This document shows positions 1-10,488 of a stretch of 64,000 nucleotides of DNA, one piece after another. The stretch is from Sedimentisphaerales bacterium (GTDB taxonomy: Bacteria > Planctomycetota > Phycisphaerae > Sedimentisphaerales > SM23-30), in NCBI GenBank assembly GCA_963663805.2, contig CAXXMR010000010.1, positions 22,754 through 86,753 of the forward strand, in the 5' to 3' direction. The notes beneath the pieces are model-generated. The model searched no databases, had not been told where the DNA came from, and worked only from the letters and a program-made list of their open reading frames with translations. How positions within the stretch are numbered: position 1 is the first letter of the stretch; each line of letters starts with the position of its first letter. Made by a program: the position numbers and the translations under genes.

Positions 1-3000
1 AGCTTCGGTGCCGCTGCCGGTAAAGGGCAGAGCCGCAGCCTCGAACGGAATGAACGCGAAACCAAAGTCGCAGTCGATTTCCGTACGGGCATAGGTGTTC
101 AGGTCGAAGCATTTGATAATGAAAGAGGTGCCGTCCGGTTCATAGGCCATGCAGGCATTGATAGCGCCGGTGGCGGTATCACCATCATAAGGAGTCAGCA
201 GCAAGGCACCATCTTCGGGGGTCTTGCCGTTAATGTCCACCTGGTAAGTACCCATACTCAGTTTAGTAACGGTTACGCCGTAGGTGGAGTTGACAATCGT
301 ACCGTCGTCAGCGACGTGAGCCAGTACATTGCCGCGGAGATTCTCATAAGGCAGGAACGCATAACGCACCCAGCGGGCATCGTAAGCATCCGCTGCGCTG
401 AGATTCGTACGGGTGGTAACTTCCCAGCCGTCGGCCAGAGGCATTACCGTGCTTATCAGGTTACCGGTTGTCCGGCAGCAGGTGAAAATGATACCGTCAG
501 CCGGAGTTGCGTCGGCGAATTCATATTTGAATCTGCCGGCGGTTCCCAGATAACTGGCGGTAATTGTGGGTACTGAACCCTCATAACAGGGGCCGTAGGT
601 GCCGTTGTCATACAGCACGCCGGTATCCCTGACATCACCCCAGGTATAGCCGCTGCCGCGAGGAATCCAGACACTGGAAAAACTGGCCCTGCCGGTTCCG
701 GTTACAGCCGCCGCTGACGGGTAGTTCAGAGCGAAACGATTGCCTTCACGCGAAGAGAACGTCGGCAATGTCACGCCGGCGCCGTCACCGCGATCCTGCG
801 GGAATTCTCGAACCGAACCCAGAGTAATACCCGCTGCAATATTCAGGTGGGTATTCTCCTCAGGATAATAGCTGCATTGTGTGCCATTGACTGAGTTGTA
901 GTAATAATAGTTGCTGTTATGGTGTGATTCTTCAAACCACTCCGAACCTTGCAGTTTCTGAACATCAATGAAACTGCCGGCAATATCCCAGGTGGTCTCA
1001 AAGTTGCCAGCCAGAACCTGGGTATAATCAAACGTTCTGGTCGTCAGGCCCGGACCTGACGGAGGTGTGTCAAACGGGACGAACACAAACGAGAACATCG
1101 CCATAGTCGGGAACGCAAGATACGATTCCGGCAAATCTCTCTGCTGTACGACCCAGTGGTCACCATCCGGTTCATAGGTGCAGTAGTTGTCGCCGCCATA
1201 ACGTTCATGTTCGTTTGTGACAATCAAAGTACCATCTTCGGGGATAAAATCGTCCATATAAAGTTCAACACCGTCAGCGGTACGAACTACCCAGTAGTTG
1301 CCCGTGCCGCTCTGGATACCGCCGCTGCCGCTGACACGACCAGCCACAATACCTTCGGTGCTGTAGGGGACATAAACAAAATTGAACGAGTCTGACTCAG
1401 TCGCGCCGGATGCACCGTTGTCACGCATGACAATCTGCCAGCCGGAACCATCGGGCCAGGGACTGCAAGCGGCATAATTGTCCTCGTTGAGTCCGCTGCA
1501 AACCATCAAAACACCGTCGGTAATACTGTCAATACCGTCAAGAGTAAGCTCCCAGACGCCGCGGTCAGTATCAACCTGCGATTGTGTTATGGATGCGGGA
1601 TCACTATTCGGTACAGGGACTACCAGATTCGGGTCCTGATTGCTATTGAGATACTGAGTCAGATTAACGCCCATCACGACGTCCGGGCTGCCGTTCACGC
1701 ACCAGGTGCGGGTGGTAATTTCCGCTTCGTCGCCTTCGGTGTCGTTATTGGAACCGTAGGAGCGAACGTTACCACAGGTCCAGCCGCCACTAAAGGGGAA
1801 GTATGCCGCAGCGACATTGCAGTTACCTTCGTTTCCACCGCCAATTTGCATGACTGTTCCGCTGACTTCAATTTCCTGCGCAGCTTCGGAGACCGCGATC
1901 CAGGTTTGGCCGTGCGCGCCGATAGGTAGACCTACTGTAAAGCGTGATTCATAAGCTTCGCCCAAATTCTGGCGGGAGTTTTCCGTAACCGAGGCCAGAT
2001 AGACACCGCCCAGAGCATCGTCGTGGGAAGTAATGCCGACCACGGGGTAATAGTCACCCTTGTTATGAGTGGAGTAAGAATAGAAAGAGTCGTTCGGGTC
2101 AGACATTCTGATATTCGCGGTTGACTGACCAGCAGGTATTGAAACGGTGACCGCACCAAAACTGTCAACTTCCGTAACCTCAATATTAGCCGCCTGAACC
2201 GTGCTGATTACTTCACGGCTGGCAAAACCTGACAGGCGGGTACTGAAATCAACAGCGATCGAAAACTCGTTTGTCGCATCGGTTTTGTAGTCATTGAGAT
2301 ATGGCGAGTAGGTCTGGATATTAATCTGGTTGTTGTCCAGGTCAATCTCTATCAGACGCATATAGCCATTACCGCCATTGGATTCAGCTTGATAATCGCT
2401 GAGCATCATCAGCACATTATTGCCGTACTCGTTGGGATAATTCAGGGTGTTCACGCCGGTGTAGGCGGCGTGATGACCGTTCAGAGTCATGAAAATCTGG
2501 TCGTTCTGGGCGATAAACTTGAAGTACATGCCCAAGCCGCCGTTAGAAGCAACCGCGCCGGATTTGGCGTAGATACCACTGAAACCATCAGCATCTTCCG
2601 GGCTGTCAGTTACCAGCAAATGGCTGGATACAATCACCGGCAGGGTTGGATTGGCATCGATAACACCCTGGGCCCATTGCAGAACCTCGTCGTCCGGGGC
2701 AAATTCCAGGTTGAGATGCAGCCAGTCGCGGCCCGCGGCGGTAAAAATCTGATAATGGCTCAGCCCTTGACGGTCCGTACCGCCGTACCAGCCATAACCG
2801 CTGTAGCGGGATGCGCCAAAGTTGGTCAGGAACTCCTGGGGCCCTTCCCACTTGTTGGCACCGACATGGTAGTCATGATTACCGGCACAGACCGAATAGG
2901 GCACCTGGCCATCCAGGATAGCCATAGAAGTCAGCGCATTGGCCCATTCGCCTGAGTCGTCGCCGTGGTTGACAACATCACCCAGATGAGTCACAAACTC

Positions 3001-3180
3001 TATCTGTTTTATGGTTTTATTGTTGACTATCCACTGCGTCTGACTGGTGAAAATAGCAGGATAATCCTGGCTATAGAGCTGCGTGTCAGGCAGGGCAGCT
3101 ATCCTGAAAGACGCCGCGGAACATAAACTCGTGATTGATAACGCAAGTAACGCCATCAGTACAATTTTCGACTTACTCAT
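1..3180 (-). CDS. Large secreted protein (>1060 aa, 3' end beyond window): N-terminal calcineurin-like metallophosphoesterase plus repeated beta-rich domains
   Basis: Read manually: ATG at 3180 and no stop seen in the lines checked down to base 1, which would explain its absence from the ORF track. Signal peptide MSKSKIVLMALLALSITSLCSA. Metallophosphoesterase motifs LPDTQ, HLGDVV, GNHD, SH, NGHH. Internal repeats YEPDG, PEDG, F-x-F-x-PF. Confidence 0.8.
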   Translation of the reverse strand, partial: MSKSKIVLMALLALSITSLCSAASFRIAALPDTQLYSQDYPAIFTSQTQWIVNNKTIKQIEFVTHLGDVVNHGDDSGEWANALTSMAILDGQVPYSVCAGNHDYHVGANKWEGPQEFLTNFGASRYSGYGWYGGTDRQGLSHYQIFTAAGRDWLHLNLEFAPDDEVLQWAQGVIDANPTLPVIVSSHLLVTDSPEDADGFSGIYAKSGAVASNGGLGMYFKFIAQNDQIFMTLNGHHAAYTGVNTLNYPNEYGNNVLMMLSDYQAESNGGNGYMRLIEIDLDNNQINIQTYSPYLNDYKTDATNEFSIAVDFSTRLSGFASREVISTVQAANIEVTEVDSFGAVTVSIPAGQSTANIRMSDPNDSFYSYSTHNKGDYYPVVGITSHDDALGGVYLASVTENSRQNLGEAYESRFTVGLPIGAHGQTWIAVSEAAQEIEVSGTVMQIGGGNEGNCNVAAAYFPFSGGWTCGNVRSYGSNNDTEGDEAEITTRTWCVNGSPDVVMGVNLTQYLNSNQDPNLVVPVPNSDPASITQSQVDTDRGVWELTLDGIDSITDGVLMVCSGLNEDNYAACSPWPDGSGWQIVMRDNGASGATESDSFNFVYVPYSTEGIVAGRVSGSGGIQSGTGNYWVVRTADGVELYMDDFIPEDGTLIVTNEHERYGGDNYCTYEPDGDHWVVQQRDLPESYLAFPTMAMFSFVFVPFDTPPSGPGLTTRTFDYTQVLAGNFETTWDIAGSFIDVQKLQGSEWFEESHHNSNYYYYNSVNGTQCSYYPEENTHLNIAAGITLGSVREFPQDRGDGAGVTLPTFSSREGNRFALNYPSAAAVTGTGRASFSSVWIPRGSGYTWGDVRDTGVLYDNGTYGPCYEGSVPTITASYLGTAGRFKYEFADATPADGIIFTCCRTTGNLISTVMPLADGWEVTTRTNLSAADAYDARWVRYAFLPYENLRGNVLAHVADDGTIVNSTYGVTVTKLSMGTYQVDINGKTPEDGALLLTPYDGDTATGAINACMAYEPDGTSFIIKCFDLNTYARTEIDCDFGFAFIPFEAAALPFTGSGTEA

Positions 3181-3309
3181 CTTCTTTCCTTCCATAGTAA
3201 ATCACAACCTTACTCGTTAACGGGAGCCACAACGGATATACTCCCACAAATTTTATTCTACATTGTCGTAATGATACACACCGAATTTAACTTGCGTAAT
3301 TTTACCCTT

Positions 3310-4167
3310 CTATATGGGATTGTTATGTATATACTCAACCTTACCCGCACTGTTAAACCATTCGATAGGAACGTCTTCACCAAGAGTTTCTTTTAGAACG
3401 CTCACATGGCCATCCAGCCAAACAATATTGCTTGAGTGATCATGCCTCCAGTATTCTCTTATAATACCCTTATAGTTCGCTGGATCTGTGATTTCTTTAA
3501 CTCTCCATTGTCCTAAATTCATTGAATCCCCCTCGATTTTATAGTAAGAATCCCCGTTGTGCTCAGAGGTGGACTCTCCGCCATCGTGAAAAACCACTGT
3601 ATCAGACGGTCTCCTGAAATATGTGGTTTTCGGACGATTTTTCTGGGGCTCTTCAGGGTAATCGCGAGGGTCTGTCGAACACACATAGCGATTCAGGGTG
3701 TAATCGGAATATTCTATCCATTCCTGTTTTGCTGCTCCGGTCCTAACGGACCAGTTGTTGAAATTCCACTTCTTTGAAACGCAACGAAAAACTTCTTTGG
3801 GAGCACCGTACTCTTCGTATGCCACGCCCCAATATGCTTGTGAATGACGTGGGTAGAACGCTTCGTTTTTGCTATTATACGACGGCAATATCACATCTGC
3901 GTATTCTCCGTCGCATTGATAATTACCGTTGGGGGCTTCATGTAGAAAGTCTTCATTTGAATTTGCATAGGCAAGCATGGAAGTGATAACACCTCTGTTT
4001 TGACTCGAGCAAACGACCCTTCGGGCAGCTTCTCGGGCCTGCCCCATTGCAGGCAGCAGGATACTGACCAGCAGGGCGATAATCGCCACCACCACCAGCA
4101 GTTCGACCAGCGTGAATCCTTTCGTCCGGGCCGATAACTTTCGACTTACTTCCCGATTCTTTTGCAT
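3310..4167 (-). CDS. Prepilin-type N-terminal cleavage/methylation, DUF1559/H-X9-DG protein
   Basis: [24 protein letters not shown] at the N-terminus and [15 protein letters not shown] at the C-terminus. Start chosen at MQKNRE after GGAGG. Confidence 0.9.
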   Translation of the reverse strand: MQKNREVSRKLSARTKGFTLVELLVVVAIIALLVSILLPAMGQAREAARRVVCSSQNRGVITSMLAYANSNEDFLHEAPNGNYQCDGEYADVILPSYNSKNEAFYPRHSQAYWGVAYEEYGAPKEVFRCVSKKWNFNNWSVRTGAAKQEWIEYSDYTLNRYVCSTDPRDYPEEPQKNRPKTTYFRRPSDTVVFHDGGESTSEHNGDSYYKIEGDSMNLGQWRVKEITDPANYKGIIREYWRHDHSSNIVWLDGHVSVLKETLGEDVPIEWFNSAGKVEYIHNNPI

Positions 4168-4823
4168 CTTAATGCCTCCATGAACAAACAGGGTTAATGT
4201 TCTTTCCACATTATATTTATCTCATTTTTCTACGCTGCGGTTGGGCAAAAAACACCTTATATGTTTTTGCCGCAACCAAACTAAATCTATGCATAAAAAA
4301 AACCGCGCAAGGTCCACTCTTTTAAGGACTTACGCGGCTCTCAAATCTCTAATGCCACAATATATTAAGTTTTTGCTTCTACCAATACTACATATCGACA
4401 AAAAACGGACCTGTCAAGTTAAAAAAAGTTTGTCTCCGTTAAAAAAAACGACAACCAAAATGTGTTCGGCGGGAATGAATCTCCTAAATCTCACGCAGAC
4501 TCCAGGCATAAGAATATCAAAATAGACAGATGATGTCAATAGGAAAATTCAAAAAAAGACATCACATTATGGTCTTTACATCTTGTTTTGAGAAGATAAT
4601 GTCGATTCGTCGGAAACTGGAAGTGCTGGTGGCCAAGGAGGCGGCAAAGAGCGCAACGGACTCTGAATTAAGTAACTTATGTCAGATAGCAGAGCGGTTG
4701 GCGATACTGGCGGAGCAGGGGAACCAAGATGAGTTGATTACTGAGCATATTCTTCCAGGAATTTTGTCGGCTAATTTGCGAAAATCTCATTAAATATGCC
4801 GGTATCTATGCTACAGTCTCCAA

Positions 4824-5243
4824 TCACGCGTGTTTTCGGTTGAGGAATTCCTGGAGAATGTCGCAGGCGGCCAGCATGTCGCGGCGGGCTTTTTTTCTTT
4901 TGTTGGTAAAATCGGTGCCGGCGAGCAGCTCGTCAGCGGCGGCAGAGCTGAGACGTTCATCCTGAAGTTCGATGGGCAAGGTAAAATTCTCGGCGAGCAG
5001 TTTGGCGAATTTCTGGGTAATCTTCGCCTGGGGGCCCTCGGTGCCATCCATGTTGAAGGGCAGGCCCACGATGAGGGCTTCGACCCCGTTTTCTTCGATG
5101 ATTTTAGCTACGCGACTGATGAGAAGTTCGGGCTGTTTGGGCGTGGCCTCGATCTGGCAGAGCGGCGATACGAAATTTTCGCCGGGGTCACAGACTGCCA
5201 GTCCGATGCGCTTCAACCCGTAATCAATGGCCATATAACGCAT
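4824..5243 (-). CDS. ruvX: YqgF/RuvX family nuclease (pre-16S rRNA nuclease / Holliday junction resolvase-like)
   Basis: AIDYGLKRIGLA, IVGLPFNMDG, DERLSS, AACDILQEFL. Confidence 0.93.
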   Translation of the reverse strand: MRYMAIDYGLKRIGLAVCDPGENFVSPLCQIEATPKQPELLISRVAKIIEENGVEALIVGLPFNMDGTEGPQAKITQKFAKLLAENFTLPIELQDERLSSAAADELLAGTDFTNKRKKARRDMLAACDILQEFLNRKHA

Positions 5244-5252
5244 GAATCAATC

Positions 5253-6341
5253 TTATAAGTACTGTTCCAGGTTTTCTTTGCCGAGCCGCTGGAGTAGTGA
5301 TTTGAGGTGGCTGGTTTCCTCGCGATGGCATATCATGGTTACGTCCTCGGTGTGGACGATGATGAGGTCCTCGGCGTGGATGGCGGCGATGAGGTGGTCC
5401 TTTTGGGTGCTGAGTGCCATGTTGTTGTTGCTGTGGAGCCAGATCGCGCGAGTGTCGGCGGAAGTCACGTTTTCGTCTTCATCGACAGTGCCGATGCGTT
5501 CAGCCAGGGCTTGATAGGAACCCAAATCGACCCAGTGACAATCGAGTTCGCACATACTCACATGTTCGGCCTGTTCCATGACGGCAAAATCAATACTGAT
5601 TTTATCGAGTTGGGGGAATTCCGCATTCAGGACTTCCTCCTGCTGAGGGGTGTTCCAGGCGTCGGCGATTTTCTGGAAGCGTTCGGCATTCTTAGGCAGA
5701 GCCCGCTTGAGTTCTTCAAGTATGGTCGCGGTTTTCCAGACGAACATGCCGCTGTTCCAGCAGTATTGGCCGGAGCGGATATATTTGCTGGCGGTACTGC
5801 GGTTGGGTTTTTCCTTAAAGGCCTCGACCGGGCAGACCCCTTCGATTACATTTTCTTTTGGTTCACCGCGTTTGAGGTAGCCGAAGCCGGTGTGGGCATA
5901 GGCGGCCTTGATGCCGAAAGTGAAAAGCTCCTCCGGGTGCTGCTCAATATGGGTAAGAGCTTTGCGGATGGCGTCATGCAGCGGCTCGACCGGTTCGATA
6001 ATCTGGTCGGCACTGAAAACGCCCATGATGCTGTCGGGAGATTTTTTGTGCAGGATGGTGGCGGCCAGACCGATAGCGTTAGCGGTATCGCGACCGACGG
6101 GTTCGCCGATGATGTTTTCGCGGGGCAGTTCGGGCAGATGTTTGCGAACGATGTCGGCGTATTCGGCGTTAGTGACAACGAATATATTTTTGCTGGCAAA
6201 AACGCCCTGCATTCTGTCAACACATTGCCTGAGCAGTGACTGCCCCTCAAAGGCGTTAATTATCTGCTTGGGGCGATTCTGACGACTCAGGGGCCAGAGC
6301 CTTTGTCCGGAACCACCGGCCATTATTACGGCATACTGCAT
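5253..6341 (-). CDS. manC: Mannose-1-phosphate guanylyltransferase
   Basis: IMAGGSGQRLWPLSRQNRPKQ, EPVGRDTA, FKEKP, WNSGMF, ISIDFAVME, WVDLGS. Confidence 0.93.
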   Translation of the reverse strand: MQYAVIMAGGSGQRLWPLSRQNRPKQIINAFEGQSLLRQCVDRMQGVFASKNIFVVTNAEYADIVRKHLPELPRENIIGEPVGRDTANAIGLAATILHKKSPDSIMGVFSADQIIEPVEPLHDAIRKALTHIEQHPEELFTFGIKAAYAHTGFGYLKRGEPKENVIEGVCPVEAFKEKPNRSTASKYIRSGQYCWNSGMFVWKTATILEELKRALPKNAERFQKIADAWNTPQQEEVLNAEFPQLDKISIDFAVMEQAEHVSMCELDCHWVDLGSYQALAERIGTVDEDENVTSADTRAIWLHSNNNMALSTQKDHLIAAIHAEDLIIVHTEDVTMICHREETSHLKSLLQRLGKENLEQYL

Positions 6342-6365
6342 TTTGTGTCCCTTAAATGTCTGGGG

Positions 6366-7583
6366 TCAGGCTTGGTCGAGTTCAAACGCGGCGTGGACAG
6401 CCTGGAGTGCTTTTTGAGCATCTTCAGGACTGATAATGCAGCTGATTTTGATTTCGCTGGTGGTGATGGCGTTGATGTTCACCTTGGCTTCTGCCAGAGC
6501 GGAGAACATTTTGCGAGCGACACCGGTATGGGTTCTCATGCCAACTCCGACAACCGAAACCTTGGCGACGGGATTGGTGCAGAGGACATCAGCGATTTTG
6601 AATTTTTTCTTCAGTTCTTCAATGGCCAGTTTGCATTCAGCCAGGTCGGAATGTTCCACGGTAAAGCTCGTGGTGGCCGAACCGCTGGTGTCAACGGTCT
6701 GGATGATATCGTCAACAACAATATTCTTTTCCGCGAGTTTGGCAAAAATTTCAGCCGCGACTCCGGGATGATTGGTCAGACCGATAAGGAAAAATTGGGC
6801 CATATCTTTTTTGATGGTTGCGCCAGATACTACTATGTGTTCCATTTGTTCTACCTCATGTGTAATAACGGTTCCGGGAGCGTCTGAAAAGCTCGAACGA
6901 ACATGAATTTCCACGTTATATTTTTTACCGAATTCGATTGCTCTTGAGTGCATAACGCCGGCTCCGAGGCTGGCTAGTTCGAGCATTTCGTCATAACTGA
7001 TACGGTCAATTTTGCGAGCGTTTGGTACTAGCCGCGGGTCGGTGGTATAAACACCGTCCACGTCGGTATAGATTTCACAGCGTTCGGCTTCGAGTACCGC
7101 CGCCAGGGCCAGAGCGGTGGTGTCCGAAGCGCCGCGGCCCAGCGTGGTAATTTCGCCGGACTCATCAATGCCCTGAAAGCCTGCTACGATGACGATTTTA
7201 TCTTTGGCCAGTTCCTCACGGATTCTGTCAGCCTGAATTTTCTGGATGCGGGCTTTGGTATGGGCAGCGTCGGTGATAAGCCCGATTTGTCCACCGGTGA
7301 GGCTGATGCCTTTATAGCCGGCCTGATTGATGGCCATCGCCATCAGGCTGATACTCACCTGCTCCCCCGTCGTCAGGAGCATATCCATTTCACGACGAGG
7401 CGGGTTGTCCGTGATTTCAGAGGCCAGAGCGATGAGCTTATCGGTGGTTTTGCCCATGGCTGAGACGACCATCACAACTTCGTATCCCTGTTGTTTAGCT
7501 TTGATGGCCCTTGACGCGGCCCTTCTGATGCGTTCGGCGTCGGCAACGCTGGTGCCGCCGAATTTCATTACCAACAAACTCAT
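6366..7583 (-). CDS. lysC: Aspartate kinase
   Basis: KFGGTSV, VVSAMG, AGFQG, TTLGRG, YTDVDGVYTTDPR, two C-terminal ACT domains. Confidence 0.96.
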   Translation of the reverse strand: MSLLVMKFGGTSVADAERIRRAASRAIKAKQQGYEVVMVVSAMGKTTDKLIALASEITDNPPRREMDMLLTTGEQVSISLMAMAINQAGYKGISLTGGQIGLITDAAHTKARIQKIQADRIREELAKDKIVIVAGFQGIDESGEITTLGRGASDTTALALAAVLEAERCEIYTDVDGVYTTDPRLVPNARKIDRISYDEMLELASLGAGVMHSRAIEFGKKYNVEIHVRSSFSDAPGTVITHEVEQMEHIVVSGATIKKDMAQFFLIGLTNHPGVAAEIFAKLAEKNIVVDDIIQTVDTSGSATTSFTVEHSDLAECKLAIEELKKKFKIADVLCTNPVAKVSVVGVGMRTHTGVARKMFSALAEAKVNINAITTSEIKISCIISPEDAQKALQAVHAAFELDQA

Positions 7584-7628
7584 ACCAGTTTCTTCCTTTA
7601 AGTGAGTTACAAAAGTTCTATTTCCATT

Positions 7629-8819
7629 TCAGGCTTTTGCCTTCAAGAAGTATTCCATTAAGTCGTGGCCGTGGGCGATATTCAGTCCGGTTTTTTTGCC
7701 GTTGGCTTCGCTGTAGGGCAGTTCCATACCCTTGCTGATGTCTGTTCCGGCCAGAACGAAGGGGACCGGGTCGCCCGAATGAGTGCGGATTCTTATCGGG
7801 GTGGGATGGTCTGGCAAGGCCATGATTCGCCATTCATCCAGGTTCTGAAGATATTTCAGCAAAGGCCCGACGATGTGTTTGTCGATGTCTTCGATAGCTT
7901 TGATTTTACCTTCGACCAAAGCGCCGTGCCCTGCTTCGTCGGGTGCTTCGACATGCACGATTATCAGATCTTTATCTGCAAGTGCCTTAATCGCGGCCTG
8001 GCCTTTGCCGGCATAATTCGTATCGAGATAACCGGTGGCACCTTCAACTTCGATAACTTTCATGCCCATCAGTTTGCCCAGTCCACGCATCAGGTCCACG
8101 GCGGTTATCACCGCGGCGGAAATACCGAATCGTTTGCGGAAGGCATCCATCTGGGGTTTGTGTCCCTGGCCCCACAGCCAGATGTCGCTGGCGGTGTTTT
8201 CGCCGAGGTCTTGACGGACCTGATTTATGTCATGGGCGGCAAGGATTTCGTGAGCGGCTTCCATGAGCTTGACGAGCTTTTTACCGTTTTTGCCCTTGGG
8301 CAGGTATTTGCTGACGGGCTGGTCCATGATGTCGTGGGGCGGGGCGATCTCCATGTCGAAATTACCCGAGCGGCAGACCATCAAATTACGATAGCTCACG
8401 CCGGGATAGAAGGTGATGTCGTCATCGCCTAATTTGTCATTGATGGCGGTGATGAGTTCCTTGCCCTGTAAGCTGTTGATATGGCCGGCGGAAAAATCTT
8501 CCATAATCCCATCGGCAATGGTTACCAGATTGCAGCGGAAAACCCAGTCATTCGCTTCGGTTTCGATACCCTGAGCGGCGGCTTCCAGCGGGGCCCGGCC
8601 TTTGTAATATTTTTCGGGGTTATAGCCCAGCACGGTCATGAGTCCGACATCACTGCCGGGCGGATAACCGTTAGGGATGGTATGGACCATGCCCTGGCGA
8701 CCGTTTGTGCTTATCCAGTCGATATTGGGGATATGGGCTTTTTCGAGGACGGTTTGGCCGTCAAGTTCAGCCAGCGGCTCATCGGCGGCTCCATCTAAAA
8801 TTACGATTGCGTATTTCAT
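7629..8819 (-). CDS. apgM: Cofactor-independent phosphoglycerate mutase (ApgM) family protein, proposed homoserine kinase subfamily
   Basis: LDGAAD, PGSD, GRAPLEA, HVEAPDEAGH, PDHPTP, HSGDPVP. Lies between hom and lysC. Confidence 0.88.
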   Translation of the reverse strand: MKYAIVILDGAADEPLAELDGQTVLEKAHIPNIDWISTNGRQGMVHTIPNGYPPGSDVGLMTVLGYNPEKYYKGRAPLEAAAQGIETEANDWVFRCNLVTIADGIMEDFSAGHINSLQGKELITAINDKLGDDDITFYPGVSYRNLMVCRSGNFDMEIAPPHDIMDQPVSKYLPKGKNGKKLVKLMEAAHEILAAHDINQVRQDLGENTASDIWLWGQGHKPQMDAFRKRFGISAAVITAVDLMRGLGKLMGMKVIEVEGATGYLDTNYAGKGQAAIKALADKDLIIVHVEAPDEAGHGALVEGKIKAIEDIDKHIVGPLLKYLQNLDEWRIMALPDHPTPIRIRTHSGDPVPFVLAGTDISKGMELPYSEANGKKTGLNIAHGHDLMEYFLKAKA

Positions 8820-10133
8820 TTAATCATCCACCGGGGGGGTTACAACGTGAATACAAATCGGTTCAGCTTTGACGGCATCGAGCTTGACCATTTCGATTAA
8901 GGCCTGGTCCATGTCACCTTGACGGGCCAGGTCGGTCATGATTACCACAGGTATCGCGTTGGGAGTATTAGCTTCGTGCTGGAGGACCGCTGAGATGCTG
9001 ATTTTGCGGTCACCGAGCAATTTGGCAATCTGAGCAAACACACCCGGTTCATCGGCAACGCTCAGCCGCAGATAGAATCTGGATTTGACCTCCTCAGGCG
9101 GACAGAGAACGCAAGGGTCGGCGTCACGGCCCAAACCCGGTGCCGAAGCGAAAAGGTTGGCCGCATTGCCGCGAGCGACGTTGATAATATCAGCGACAAC
9201 TGCGCTGGCGGTCGGCATCATGCCCGCCCCGCGACCATAATATGAGGTATGGCCAACCGCGTCTCCGAAGACACTCACAGCGTTAAATGAATCGGAGACC
9301 TGGGCCAGCGGTTCATCGTCTTTAATAAACGAAGGATGAACCCTAAGCGAAAGCCCCTTAGTGGTATTTTCCGCGATGGCCAGGAGTTTTATGGTATAAC
9401 CCATTTCCTTGCCGTACTTAATGTCGTTCAGGTCGACATTTTCGATACCTTCGGTGGGAATGTCGTCGTATTCGATTTGTTCACCGAACGCCAGGGTCGC
9501 CAGAATCGCCAGTTTGTGGGCACTGTCGGCGCCATTGACATCGAGGGTCGGGTCGGCTTCGGCGTAACCTGCCGCCTGAGCTTCGCCCAGGGCGGTCTGA
9601 TAGTCCTTGCCGTCATTGCTCATGCCGGAAAGGATGTAATTGCAGGTGCCATTGACGATACCGTACATGGCTTGTATATGATTGGCGGCCAACCCGGTGC
9701 GAATAGCTCCGACGATGGGTATGCCGCCGCAGCAACTGGCCTCGAAGGCTAGGCAGCGGCCATTTTCGCGGGCGGTGGCGTAAACCTCGGCGCCGCGTTC
9801 GGCGAGCAGGGCTTTATTGGCGGTAACTACGTCTTTGCCGGCTTTGAGAAGGTTTTTCTGTAAATCAACGGCGAAGGTTGTGCCGCCTACCAGTTCGACG
9901 GCGATTTCTATTTCTTTGTCCTGTAGCACTTTATCGATATTATCGTGCAAAATGCCGTCCGGCAGTTTTACAGGTCTTATGCGTTGGAGGTCTTTATCGA
10001 CGACGTGAGCTAAATGTAGGTGGATACCGGTTTTATGGGCGATATGGTCGGCGTTTTCGAGAATGATTTTCGCTACGCCGGCCCCGACGGTGCCAAATCC
10101 GATGATTGCGACTTTTACGTGTTTTTCCTGCAT
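8820..10133 (-). CDS. hom: Homoserine dehydrogenase with C-terminal ACT domain
   Basis: GFGTVG, VVTANKA, GIVNGTCNYIL, GYAEADPTLDVNG, GRGAG. Confidence 0.96.
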   Translation of the reverse strand: MQEKHVKVAIIGFGTVGAGVAKIILENADHIAHKTGIHLHLAHVVDKDLQRIRPVKLPDGILHDNIDKVLQDKEIEIAVELVGGTTFAVDLQKNLLKAGKDVVTANKALLAERGAEVYATARENGRCLAFEASCCGGIPIVGAIRTGLAANHIQAMYGIVNGTCNYILSGMSNDGKDYQTALGEAQAAGYAEADPTLDVNGADSAHKLAILATLAFGEQIEYDDIPTEGIENVDLNDIKYGKEMGYTIKLLAIAENTTKGLSLRVHPSFIKDDEPLAQVSDSFNAVSVFGDAVGHTSYYGRGAGMMPTASAVVADIINVARGNAANLFASAPGLGRDADPCVLCPPEEVKSRFYLRLSVADEPGVFAQIAKLLGDRKISISAVLQHEANTPNAIPVVIMTDLARQGDMDQALIEMVKLDAVKAEPICIHVVTPPVDD

Positions 10134-10425
10134 AGTTCAGCGTTTCCCAGGTTGCCCTTGAGATTTATAACTTTGTTCCGGGCAATGAGTTAAACATATG
10201 CCCAGATATTATCCATATAGAATGAACAATTTAGCTTAACACGGTGATACGGTCAAGGTAAATCATTATTTGCGGCAGCGGTTCTTTGGGGCTTAATCGG
10301 CGTGACTGTCTGGTTGTTTATGCCTGCGCCTCAAGCTCCGGATATCGAAGGGCAGAGCCCGGAAGAAATTGCGGACTTTCTGTCGTCCGAGGATTTCGGT
10401 AGGAGCAGTAAAGGCGCTGAGATAT

Positions 10426-10460
10426 AAAAAAACGCCGGAATCGCAATTGAAACCGGCGTT
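10426..10460 (-). terminator. Probable intrinsic terminator of the FN3 gene
   Basis: AACGCCGG...CCGGCGTT stem with a T-run on the minus strand, about 30 nt after the stop. Confidence 0.5.
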
Positions 10461-10488
10461 ATGGAAAGGATTTAGATCGGGTTTTTTC

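Noticed and set aside
316..2955. Several short ORFs on both strands
   Set aside because: Shadows of the long minus-strand gene 3180->1.
4241..4793. Two short plus-strand ORFs and a hairpin near 4300-4340
   Set aside because: No recognisable motifs. Likely intergenic or regulatory and not supportable.
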